64,000 nt of DNA from a virus: positions 1 through 64,000 of IMG/VR virus record IMGVR_UViG_3300035189_000033; one strand, given 5' to 3'. The position numbers and the translations under genes are program-made. Of the stretch, positions 8,863-17,418 are shown in pieces; within the stretch, counting starts at the first letter, position 1, and the number at the start of each line of letters is the position of its first letter. Below the pieces are notes generated by a model. That model saw only the letters and a program-made list of their open reading frames with translations. It was not told where the DNA came from and ran no database searches.

Positions 8863-9126
8863 TTACCCTCCAATCAGTTTGACAAAGCCGGCACCCGCCG
8901 CGAATAGCGCCGCGCCTGCGCCTAGCAGCGTCGCCGCCAGGGACCAGGGCAGGATCGCCCGGTCGCGCCCCAGCTTCGCCGCCTCGGCCCGCATCTTGGC
9001 CTCCTCGGCGATCAGCTTGCGCTGTTCAGCGATGAATTTCTCGCTTTCGGCCCGCAGCTTCGATTGTTCGGCGAGGTCGCGATCGATGCGCGCGACAATC
9101 CCTTGAAGCGTGGTGGCGTCGCTCAT
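8863..9126 (-). CDS. coiled-coil protein with C-terminal TM helix
   Basis: KL(R/I)AE heptads followed by a hydrophobic tail. Confidence 0.7.
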   Translation of the reverse strand: MSDATTLQGIVARIDRDLAEQSKLRAESEKFIAEQRKLIAEEAKMRAEAAKLGRDRAILPWSLAATLLGAGAALFAAGAGFVKLIGG

Positions 9127-9347
9127 CACGCCTCCCCCCGCGCCGCGCGTATCGCAGCCTCGACGTCAAACTTCTCGATGCCGTTCTCGGTGCGCGTGGC
9201 GATCAGCATCTTGGTTTCGCGGCCGTATTTGCACCACCACGCCTGCGCCCCCACAGGGCGCCGCTTGAGTGCTGCCAGCACGCCCGCCTCGGTCGCGTAG
9301 ACCGGACGGGTGTGCTCGCCGTGCAGCAGCCTGATCACGTAGGCCAT
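9126..9347 (-). CDS. hypothetical protein
   Basis: GGAGG SD; coupled ORF. Confidence 0.6.
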   Translation of the reverse strand: MAYVIRLLHGEHTRPVYATEAGVLAALKRRPVGAQAWWCKYGRETKMLIATRTENGIEKFDVEAAIRAARGEA

Positions 9348-9847
9348 CAGGCGACCTCCTCCGGGAAGATGTCTGCCAAGGTGCAGCCTGTCACCGTGAT
9401 CTTGCCGACGCCATCGTCGGACACCGCGTAGTGGCTGCCGAGCGTGGGGTGGCGGCCAATCATGCGCTGCGGCCAGTTCTGCGCCGTCCAGATCGAGGGG
9501 AAGCTGCGCGTCTCCGATACGCCGTCAATCGACTGATACCGCACCGTGATCGGCTCGGCCGCACCCTTCGGCATCAGCGCGGCCTCGGTCTGTGCGACCA
9601 CCAGAGACGCCCGGTAATCCGTCGTGGGGTAGTTGTCGCCGACGAAGCTGGTGAACGTGGCGCCCGGCTTCACCGTGTGGAACGCGCCGGATGCCTCAGT
9701 GATCGCGATCGGCCACGCCTTGACCAAGATGCCAACCACGCCTTCGGACGCCACCACCAGCACATCCCCGTCGTGGATGGCGTCGTCACACTGGCTTTCG
9801 TCGTACGCCTCGCCAGTGCTGTCAAACCGGTGAATTTCAACTGCCAT
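9347..9847 (-). CDS. hypothetical protein
   Basis: 166-aa ORF, first gene of the minus-strand operon. Confidence 0.7.
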   Translation of the reverse strand: MAVEIHRFDSTGEAYDESQCDDAIHDGDVLVVASEGVVGILVKAWPIAITEASGAFHTVKPGATFTSFVGDNYPTTDYRASLVVAQTEAALMPKGAAEPITVRYQSIDGVSETRSFPSIWTAQNWPQRMIGRHPTLGSHYAVSDDGVGKITVTGCTLADIFPEEVA

Positions 9848-10028
9848 TTTCGTATTCCAACCCCAGGATCGGCGAGGCGCCCGTTACCGATCTGTCAACT
9901 AGGCGCGTCACGCACCACATTCAAGACCGAAATGGTGTCACGTAAACCGGCGCTTTGCTTGCTAAGACAATGGCGTGCTGACTATTGTCGCGTGTTCGAT
10001 CAACCGGCTAAACACTCAGGAGAGCATC

Positions 10029-10211
10029 ATGGCGGGGCCACTCGGCACACCATCCCAGGGCGGCACGAAAGCGCCGGAGCAGACCAGCGCGACGCAGGGC
10101 ACGTCGGTCGGCAGCGGCTCGCGCCCAGGCGCAGCGAAGATGCCCATCGAGACCAGCGCCCCACCCGACGCGCACAAGATCAGGCCACCGCCGGACGGCT
10201 GGCTGAAGTAG
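10029..10211 (+). CDS. hypothetical protein
   Basis: AGGAG SD; 60 aa. Confidence 0.6.
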   Translation: MAGPLGTPSQGGTKAPEQTSATQGTSVGSGSRPGAAKMPIETSAPPDAHKIRPPPDGWLK

Positions 10212-10231
10212 CACCGAGTAGTCATCGTTGC

Positions 10232-10504
10232 ATGGCTGGCAGCAAGCCGGGAGAGCGCAGAGGCGGTCGCGCTCCCGGCGTTCCGAACAAAAAAACCGCT
10301 GATGTCGCCGAGAAGCTTGCCGCGCTGGGCTGCGATCCGATTACCGGCATGGCGCACATCGCGATGGACAACAAAAATCCCCTCGATATTCGCGCGCGGA
10401 TGTATAGCGAACTGGCGCAGTACATCGCGCCCAAGCGCAAGGCGCTGGAACACTCGGCGCAGCCGGGCTTGATCGAGGCGCTGCTGGCGCGGATCGACGA
10501 CTGA
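10232..10504 (+). CDS. terS: putative terminase small subunit
   Basis: GERRGGRAPGVPNKKT...ELAQYIAPKRKALEH; lies upstream of TerL. Confidence 0.65.
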   Translation: MAGSKPGERRGGRAPGVPNKKTADVAEKLAALGCDPITGMAHIAMDNKNPLDIRARMYSELAQYIAPKRKALEHSAQPGLIEALLARIDD

Positions 10505-10530
10505 CGGAGTAGACTGAGGAGCTGACACCG

Positions 10531-10698
10531 ATGTCCCTGCTGCTGATAATTGTCGTGCTGTTGCTGCTGTTCGGCGGAGGTGGCTTCTACGGCTACCGAT
10601 CGGGGTATTTCGGCGGCGTCAGTCCGCTGGCGATTGTGCTGGTGGTGGTGGTGCTGCTGCTGGTGTTCGGCGGCATCGGCTACCGGGGCGGCTGGTGA
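10531..10698 (+). CDS. DUF3309-like small membrane protein, copy 1
   Basis: MSLLLIIVVLLLLFGGGGFYGYRSGYFGG...; GAGGAG SD; 2 TM segments; absent from the ORF track. Confidence 0.75.
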   Translation: MSLLLIIVVLLLLFGGGGFYGYRSGYFGGVSPLAIVLVVVVLLLVFGGIGYRGGW

Positions 10699-10985
10699 TG
10701 TCCCTGCTGCTCATCATTGTCGTGCTGCTGCTGCTGTTCGGCGGTGGCGGTTTCTACGGCTACCGCTCAGGCTGGTATGGCACGCCACCACCGCCGCCGC
10801 TGCCGCCCTATCCCGGCACCCAGACGCAGCCGCTGCCCGGCACCGCGCAGCCGCCGCCGTTGCCTGACAACCGCTACGGCGGCGAGGGCGGCATCAGTCC
10901 GGTCCTGGTGATCCTGCTCGTGCTGCTGCTGCTCGTGCTGCTGGGCGGTGGCTACGGGCTGTTTTATCACCGGGGGATGTACTGA
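10698..10985 (+). CDS. DUF3309-like small membrane protein, copy 2 (Pro-rich loop)
   Basis: First 25 residues identical to copy 1. Confidence 0.75.
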   Translation: MSLLLIIVVLLLLFGGGGFYGYRSGWYGTPPPPPLPPYPGTQTQPLPGTAQPPPLPDNRYGGEGGISPVLVILLVLLLLVLLGGGYGLFYHRGMY

Positions 10986-10986
10986 G

Positions 10987-11220
10987 ATGCCTGTTCAATA
11001 CATAGCCAGCATGATGTGGTCGACTGACGCGCCAGCTGTGACGACGTGGCACGGCCCCGGCACGCTGGCGACTGTATCGGCTGACGGCGCCGTCGCGATT
11101 GACTGGCCCGCCGTCGAGGCCACCGCCGAAGATCCTGCGTCCGACAAGATCACCTGGGGCGTCGCTAAACTGCTGCTGGCGGCGCGGGACGGCACCGCGA
11201 AACCGCTCGAAGCCCAATGA
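10987..11220 (+). CDS. hypothetical protein
   Basis: MPVQYIASMMW...; coupled ORF. Confidence 0.55.
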   Translation: MPVQYIASMMWSTDAPAVTTWHGPGTLATVSADGAVAIDWPAVEATAEDPASDKITWGVAKLLLAARDGTAKPLEAQ

Positions 11221-11257
11221 GCAAGGATTTGGCGCCCGACGAACTCGCGCGGCTGCT

Positions 11258-12838
11258 GTGACGGCGAGTGACACCGACGCCGCGCTGGTCCGCCGGCTCC
11301 GCCGCCTGCGTGGCGACCTGCCGCTCTACGCCGCCGAGTGTCTGCGCATCCGCGACAAAGCCGGCGCGCTGGTGCCGCTCGAACTGAACGCCGCACAGCG
11401 CTTCCTCCACGCGCGGATGGAGGACCAAAAGCGGCGCACCGGCAAAGTGCGGTGCCTGATCGGCAAAGGGCGACAGACCGGCGGATCAACCTATGTCGGC
11501 GCGCGGTTCTATCACCGCACCTCGATGCGCCCGGGCGTCAAATGCTACATCCTCTGCCACGAGCAGGAAGCGTCCGACACGCTGTTCGACATGGTCGACT
11601 GTTTCCACGCCAACAACCCCCTGGCCCCGTCCACGGGCGCCTCCAACGCCAAGGAACTGATCTTCAATAAGCTGGGCAGCGGCTATTCCGTCGGCACCGC
11701 CGGCACCAAGGCGGCCGGGCGCAGCTCGACCAACCATCTGCTGCACTGGTCCGAGGTCGCCTACTCGCCGAACGCCGCAGGCCACTCCGCCGGGCTGGTG
11801 CAGACCGTGCCCGACCTGCCCGGCACCGAGATCGTCAAGGAGAGCACCGGCAACGGGCCCGAGGGCGAATTCTACGAGTCCTGGCAGGTCGCGGAAGCCG
11901 GGATGGGCGACTACGAGGCGCTGTTTCTGCCGTGGTTCTGGAGCGAGGATTACGCGCGCGACGTCGAGACAGGGTGCCATCTCGACGAAGAAGAACGCCG
12001 CTACGCCGGCCTGCACAAGCTGTCGCTGGGACAAATGGCGTGGAGAAGGGCGAAGATTTCCGAACTGAAAAGCGAGATCCTGTTTCGGCGGGAATATCCA
12101 GCCACCGCGACCGAGATGTGGGCAGCGACTGGCCGACAATCCTACATCGACCCCGAAACCGTGCTGACCGCGCGCAAGCACAGTGCCGAGGGGCTCGGCC
12201 CGCTGGTGATCGGCGTCGACCCCGCGAGATTCGGGGATGACCGATTCAGCGTGGCATGGCGGCGCGGGCGCAAGGTCAGCAAAGTGGAAAGCCGGATCCA
12301 CATCGGCACGACTGAGGCTTTAGCTTGGCTGCGCGACATCATCGACCAGGACAAACCCGCGCGCATGTTCATCGATGCGGGCGGCGGCGGTGACCGGCTG
12401 TTCGACCTGCTGCACGCCTGGGGCAAGCCGTATTCCGACGTGGTCGTGCTGGTGAACTTCGGATCGAGCCCGCAGACCGAGGTCTTGATCGCCGAGGACG
12501 GCACGCGCCGGGCCGGGCCGAAGAACCGGCGCGCGGAGATGTGGATGCGACTCAAGGAGTGGCTGGGCCAGACCGGCGGTGCCGACATCCCCGACAGCGA
12601 CGCGCTCCAGGCCGACGCGATCGGGCCGGGCTATCACTACTCGACCACCGACCAGCGCCTCGTGCTGGAGAGCAAGGAACAGATGCGGGCGCGCGGCGTG
12701 CGAAGCCCGGACGAGGCCGATGCGGTGGTGCTGACGTTCGCCGAACCGGTGAAGGAACGACCGGCCGACCGACGGCCGCCGATGGTGCGCACCGTGCAGG
12801 CATCGGGCGAGGCGTCAACCGCGTGGCTGGGGGCGTAG
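11258..12838 (+). CDS. terL: Terminase large subunit
   Basis: LNAAQ, KGRQTGGST (Walker A), LHWSEVAY (Walker B), ESTGNG, GVDPARFGDD nuclease motif, SPDEADAVVLTF. Confidence 0.95.
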   Translation: MTASDTDAALVRRLRRLRGDLPLYAAECLRIRDKAGALVPLELNAAQRFLHARMEDQKRRTGKVRCLIGKGRQTGGSTYVGARFYHRTSMRPGVKCYILCHEQEASDTLFDMVDCFHANNPLAPSTGASNAKELIFNKLGSGYSVGTAGTKAAGRSSTNHLLHWSEVAYSPNAAGHSAGLVQTVPDLPGTEIVKESTGNGPEGEFYESWQVAEAGMGDYEALFLPWFWSEDYARDVETGCHLDEEERRYAGLHKLSLGQMAWRRAKISELKSEILFRREYPATATEMWAATGRQSYIDPETVLTARKHSAEGLGPLVIGVDPARFGDDRFSVAWRRGRKVSKVESRIHIGTTEALAWLRDIIDQDKPARMFIDAGGGGDRLFDLLHAWGKPYSDVVVLVNFGSSPQTEVLIAEDGTRRAGPKNRRAEMWMRLKEWLGQTGGADIPDSDALQADAIGPGYHYSTTDQRLVLESKEQMRARGVRSPDEADAVVLTFAEPVKERPADRRPPMVRTVQASGEASTAWLGA

Positions 12839-12856
12839 TGACAAGTCAGTAGCTGT

Positions 12857-13117
12857 TCATTTCTGGCCTTTCCTGTCGGCACGGCACGCATCGACGCCGG
12901 CCCGAATTTCCGATCGACGCCAGCGCGGACATCGCTTCGAAACGTAATAAGCTGGTGGTACCACGCCGGCCTTGACGTCGCGCCAGAACGTGCTCAATGC
13001 CTGGCGCCGTTCGACCGCGGACTCCTCTGGTGTCAACAGCGGGTCATCGGGCACGTATTTGGGCTTGCGCCGAGCGGGTTTGTCATCGATCGGTGCAGGA
13101 GTATCGTCCTCGTCCAT
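12857..13117 (-). CDS. AlpA-family/excisionase-like DNA-binding protein
   Basis: LLTPEE...STFWRDVKAGVVPPAYYVSKRCPRWRRSEI. Confidence 0.75.
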   Translation of the reverse strand: MDEDDTPAPIDDKPARRKPKYVPDDPLLTPEESAVERRQALSTFWRDVKAGVVPPAYYVSKRCPRWRRSEIRAGVDACRADRKGQK

Positions 13118-13429
13118 GTTGGGATCACTGCGTTCATTTGAACGCAGATACCTATGTTTAAGTTTTCAAATGTGCCAGATAGAATAATGCGGCCTTTAGC
13201 GACCGCTAACGCGCCATTTTCTCCCTACGGGAACTACCAAATCTACCGAACAGGACTCCGTCCCTGAATATTTTTGCTACCTTCAGCGCCCTGTTGGCTC
13301 GTTGGGACCACCGGGTTCAACGGACGCGGATCTGATTATGCGTCATTCTCCGTCGGATCGGTGTGGTGTAATTCGGGCTTTTTGCCACATGCCGTGCCCC
13401 ATTTCTCCCGGCCGAAACTGTACGACGAT

Positions 13430-13624
13430 ATGAATCCCACTAACCGACCTGCTGCGAAACATCCCTGGCCGTTCCCGCGTCGGATGCAGGTGACCGACCA
13501 CCGAACGGGCGTCTCGCAACGTTTGGAAATGGATCGGAACGGGATAACCACGGTGGTCGAGACGTGGGACAAGGAACGCCGGTGCTGGATACCCGCCGTT
13601 GACTCGGGAATGTCCACACGTTGA
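13430..13624 (+). CDS. hypothetical protein
   Basis: Short ORF whose stop falls in the 22-bp tandem duplication. Confidence 0.35.
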   Translation: MNPTNRPAAKHPWPFPRRMQVTDHRTGVSQRLEMDRNGITTVVETWDKERRCWIPAVDSGMSTR

Positions 13625-13640
13625 CTCGGGAATGTCCACA
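13597..13640 (+). repeat. 22-bp perfect tandem duplication
   Basis: CGTTGACTCGGGAATGTCCACA x2. Confidence 0.9.
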
Positions 13641-13691
13641 CGCAGCGTAACGAAACGCCAAGGCACAGCCGACCGCACCGGCGGGGGGGGG

Positions 13692-13988
13692 TCAGGTTTC
13701 ACGCGTTTCGGCAGTTCGGCGGCGTCCGCCCATAACCAAGGGCGCGGCGGCCAGCTTCGCGTATGCGACCTCGAACAACTTCTTCGTTTCGATCACGGCT
13801 TTCCCGTTCACGTGCCGCGTCGGGAGCGGCCAAGCCTCAAGAGTGCGAGGCGAGACTGGAAAGATGTGTTCAGATACAAGTCCAGCACCTTTGTGCCTGG
13901 CGACACGGGGTGGCTGCTTCGCCAAAACTTCTAGCAGCTCGGGCGGCAGTGTCTCAGTTCCAGAAAGCCGCGTTTCACAATCGGTCAT
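13692..13988 (-). CDS. excisionase-like DNA-binding hypothetical protein
   Basis: FPVSPRTLEAWPL...VNGKAV, winged-HTH-like. Confidence 0.55.
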   Translation of the reverse strand: MTDCETRLSGTETLPPELLEVLAKQPPRVARHKGAGLVSEHIFPVSPRTLEAWPLPTRHVNGKAVIETKKLFEVAYAKLAAAPLVMGGRRRTAETRET

Positions 13989-14042
13989 ATGGGTCAGTCC
14001 CGTTACGTTGCTCAACGCCACGCAATCTGCCGATGCATTTCC

Positions 14043-14112
14043 TTGTCGCTATTTGTCGTTTGTCGGAATTTGTCGGAATCTGTCGCCGGGGCATCCGAAG
14101 CCGCACCGACAA
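14043..14112. repeat. TTGTCG direct-repeat cluster plus one inverted copy
   Basis: (T/C)TGTCG at 14043, 14053, 14060, 14070 and 14080; CGACAA at 14107. Confidence 0.7.
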
Positions 14113-14183
14113 CCTTAAATTGCGGAAATGGCGGGCAAATGCTACCGGATCAGGCCACGTAACGGCGCGATAGGTGCTCAACG

Positions 14184-14408
14184 ATGCCAGCCGCCTACCT
14201 CAAAGCCCCGGCCGTCGAGCCGCCGCCTGCGCCGCCAGACTTCTGCGACGCGGGCATTCAATACCCGACAGCGATGCACGCCACGCGCATCGCGCGCACC
14301 CGGCCGGGCCGCAGCAACCGCCGCAAACCCGCCGTCTATCTCTGCGACAAGTGCGACAGCTACCACATCGGCGTCGGGTGGGTGATCGATCTGGACGGGG
14401 ACAACTGA
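14184..14408 (+). CDS. small Zn-finger phage protein
   Basis: C...YLCDKCDSYHIG; the stop overlaps the portal ATG. Confidence 0.6.
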   Translation: MPAAYLKAPAVEPPPAPPDFCDAGIQYPTAMHATRIARTRPGRSNRRKPAVYLCDKCDSYHIGVGWVIDLDGDN

Positions 14409-16804
14409 TGCCGCAAGACACCGCCCGCCCGCGCGACGACGGCCGCATCCGGATGCCCCCCGTCGATGGCGCGATGAACAAGATCGCCCCGCCGTTCAAG
14501 GTGGACGACAAAGGAACGATGCTGGGCGCGCCGAAGGGCGAGAAGGCCAAAGACGAAAAACTGCTGGAGCGCGTGCGCAAGCGGATGGAGCGCGCAATCG
14601 CCGCTGAATCCGACAACCGCAAGGCCGGCATGGATGACCGCCAGTTCGTCGGCGGCAACCAGTGGCCGTCCGATATCGTCGCACAGCGCAACCTCGACAA
14701 GCGGCCCTGCCTCACGTTCAACAAATTCCCCACGCTGATCGCGCAGATCACCAACGCGCAGCGCCAGTCGCGGCCCTCGATCAACGTCAGCGCCACGGGC
14801 GAGCGGGGCGATGTGCAGGTCGCCAAGATGTACCGCGGCATGATCCGGTTCATTGAACGAGATTGCGGCGCGAACAGCCCGAACGGGCCGTATGACACGG
14901 CGTTCGCCGACGCCGTGACGATGGGCTGGGGCTACTGGCGCATCCTGACCGAATGGGAGTCGCCCACCAGCTTCAACCTCGTGCTCGTCGTCAAGCGCAT
15001 CCGCAACCCGCTCTCGGTCTACCTCGACCCGTCGGCACAGGAGATCGACGGCGCGGACGCCAAATGGGGCGTCGTGTCCGAAATGATACCGCGCGACGAG
15101 TTCAAGCAGAAATACCCCAAAGCCGACCCGATGCCGTTCACCCAGGGCGGCATCGGCGAGGGGGCGAAGCAGTGGATCACCAACGACGAAATCCGCGTCG
15201 CCGAGTATTTCGAGGTCGAATACAAGACGCGCACGCTGATCGAACTCTCCAACGGGCACACCGGCTGGGCGGATGAGCTGGACGAGATCACGCTCGCCTA
15301 TATCGACCGTGGCAAACTGCGCATCACCGACGAACGCGAAAGCCGGGTGCCCGAGGTGATGTGGTATAAAGTCACCGCCAAAGACGTGCTGATGCGGCGC
15401 GAGTGGCTGGGCTCGACCATCCCGATTGTCAAAGTGACGGGCCGCGAACTCGACATCGAAGGGCGGGTGAAGCTGAAAGGCATCGTGCGCGACGCCAAGG
15501 ATGCGCAGCGTATGATAAACTATTGGGATACCAAAAAGACCGAAGCGGTCGCGCTCGCCCCGAACACCCCCTACATCGGCGAAGAGGGGCAATTCGAGGG
15601 CCACGAGGACGAATGGTTAATGTCCAACGTCCGCTCGACCCCGTATCTCAGCTACAAGGGAACGTCGATCGCCGGCACGCCGGCCCCGCCGCCGCAGCGC
15701 GTGCCGTTCGCTGGCGTCCCTGCGGGCATCGTCGAGGCGTCGCAGTCCGCGCAGCAGCATCTGATGGGCATCACCGGCATAAGGTTCGATTCGACGCTGC
15801 AAGAGCGAACCCAGGACGAGTCCGGCAAGGCGCTGCGGGAGCTGCGCCAGTCCGGCGACATCGGGGCGTTTGATTTCATCGACAATCTGACCCAGTCGCT
15901 GCGCCGGACGGGCGAAATCCTGCTCGAAATGATCCCCAAGATCTACAGCGATGCCCGCGTCGTGACGATCCTGCGGGAAGACGACCAGGAGGAGCAGGTC
16001 AAGATCGACCCGGCCGCGCCGAAGGCGATGGGCGAAATCGCCAAGCCCGACGGCAAGAAGATGAAGGTTTTCAACCCGATCATCGGCAAATACGGTGTCA
16101 CGGTCACGATCGGGCCGAACTTCGCGACCAAGCGCATCGAGGCCGGCGAGAACATGATCGCCTTCGCCAAGGCGCTGCCGCAGACGGCGGGAATGATCGC
16201 CGATCTGATCGCGAAGAACATGGACTGGCCGGGCGCCGAAGAGATCGCCACACGGCTGGCCAAGACGCTGCCGCCGCAACTGCTGATGCCGGACCAGAAA
16301 GACCTCTCGCCGCAGGTGCAGGCGCTGCTGTCCTCGATGGACCAGCAGATCAAGCAACTGACCGAACAACTCAAGCAGGCGATGGCCGCCGTCACCGACA
16401 AGACGGCGGACCGCGCGGTTGTCGCCGACAAGGTCAACAAGGACTTCGAGGCCAAACTGCTGAAAATCGTGGCCGATCTGGAAGCCAAGATGGCGGCGAC
16501 CGAGGAAGCGGCCACGTCGAACTTCAACACGCATATTGGCGCGCAGGTGCGTGAACTGGGGACCGACACGGCGGCGATGATGCAGGCGCTGGAGCATCCG
16601 CCGAAGGGCGAGACCGCAAGCCCCGGGGGCGAGGCCGACGCCGCCGGCCCGGGAGGACAGGCTGCGGCGGCGGGTGGCGCGACGCCCGAACAAACGCCGC
16701 CTCCAGCCGCGCTTCTACACCTCAAGGAAGGCCGCAACACCACCTTTGCGAACGGGCAGACCTGGACACTTTCGAACGGCCAGCCGGTGCAGGTCAAAGC
16801 ATGA
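14408..16804 (+). CDS. Portal protein (P22-like)
   Basis: DDRQFVGGNQW, RPCLTFNK, GWGYWRI, GIVRDAKDAQRMINYW, ESGKAL, GKYGVTVTIGPNFATKR, MDWPGAEEIATRL. Confidence 0.93.
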   Translation: MPQDTARPRDDGRIRMPPVDGAMNKIAPPFKVDDKGTMLGAPKGEKAKDEKLLERVRKRMERAIAAESDNRKAGMDDRQFVGGNQWPSDIVAQRNLDKRPCLTFNKFPTLIAQITNAQRQSRPSINVSATGERGDVQVAKMYRGMIRFIERDCGANSPNGPYDTAFADAVTMGWGYWRILTEWESPTSFNLVLVVKRIRNPLSVYLDPSAQEIDGADAKWGVVSEMIPRDEFKQKYPKADPMPFTQGGIGEGAKQWITNDEIRVAEYFEVEYKTRTLIELSNGHTGWADELDEITLAYIDRGKLRITDERESRVPEVMWYKVTAKDVLMRREWLGSTIPIVKVTGRELDIEGRVKLKGIVRDAKDAQRMINYWDTKKTEAVALAPNTPYIGEEGQFEGHEDEWLMSNVRSTPYLSYKGTSIAGTPAPPPQRVPFAGVPAGIVEASQSAQQHLMGITGIRFDSTLQERTQDESGKALRELRQSGDIGAFDFIDNLTQSLRRTGEILLEMIPKIYSDARVVTILREDDQEEQVKIDPAAPKAMGEIAKPDGKKMKVFNPIIGKYGVTVTIGPNFATKRIEAGENMIAFAKALPQTAGMIADLIAKNMDWPGAEEIATRLAKTLPPQLLMPDQKDLSPQVQALLSSMDQQIKQLTEQLKQAMAAVTDKTADRAVVADKVNKDFEAKLLKIVADLEAKMAATEEAATSNFNTHIGAQVRELGTDTAAMMQALEHPPKGETASPGGEADAAGPGGQAAAAGGATPEQTPPPAALLHLKEGRNTTFANGQTWTLSNGQPVQVKA

Positions 16805-17418
16805 GCGCAACGCTTTCTGCAAACGATCCCTGGAAGCCGCTGCACCACGCGGACGCGGCGAGCCCGGCGTGGAAGCCGAAGGTCGTCACTGACAAGAAGC
16901 CGGACAACAGCGAGGGCGGACCGAACGAACCGGTCAAGAAGAGCAAAGCGATTGGGGCTGAGCCCGAAGCGGACGACAGCGCCACAAAGATGCAAGCGCG
17001 GCTCACCGTTTCCAGCCCGATGGACGTCCAACTGATGGTGCCGGCAAAACTGGTGCAGGAAATGGCCGCCCTCGCCGCCGCGCAGCGCGAGCTGTCCGAT
17101 CAGGTGGCTGCGCTGGTGACCAAACTGGCAGACTGGACCGGCGACGTGCACGCAACGATGCACACCGCCCAGCAGCCCGTGATCGAGGCGATGCAGACAA
17201 CGCAGGCCAAGGTCATCGACGGGCAGCGCGTGCTGAGTGATCAGGTCAAGGCGCTGGCCGAGGCGCAACCCGCCCTGATGCGCAGCATCGGCACATGGTC
17301 GCAGAACATCGAGGCCGCCATCCGCGCGCCCCGCCACGTCAACCTCGAACGCGGCGCGGACGGGCTGGCGACCGGCGCGGTGTCCACCGTCGTTTCACCA
17401 AGGAGATCCCCGTCGTGA
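16801..17418 (+). CDS. hypothetical helical protein
   Basis: ATGA-coupled to the portal gene. Confidence 0.65.
   Translation: MSATLSANDPWKPLHHADAASPAWKPKVVTDKKPDNSEGGPNEPVKKSKAIGAEPEADDSATKMQARLTVSSPMDVQLMVPAKLVQEMAALAAAQRELSDQVAALVTKLADWTGDVHATMHTAQQPVIEAMQTTQAKVIDGQRVLSDQVKALAEAQPALMRSIGTWSQNIEAAIRAPRHVNLERGADGLATGAVSTVVSPRRSPS

Noticed and set aside
9870-9898. Perfect TTGACA on the minus strand upstream of the 9847 gene
   Set aside because: No credible -10 element at 16-18 bp, so it was not called as a promoter.
14174-14407. ORF-track N-terminal extensions (portal 14174, TerL 11099, initiator 5362, giant 40190, TerS 9431, 53823-55301)
   Set aside because: They overlap better-supported genes; downstream starts have SD or stop-start coupling and family-typical N-termini.
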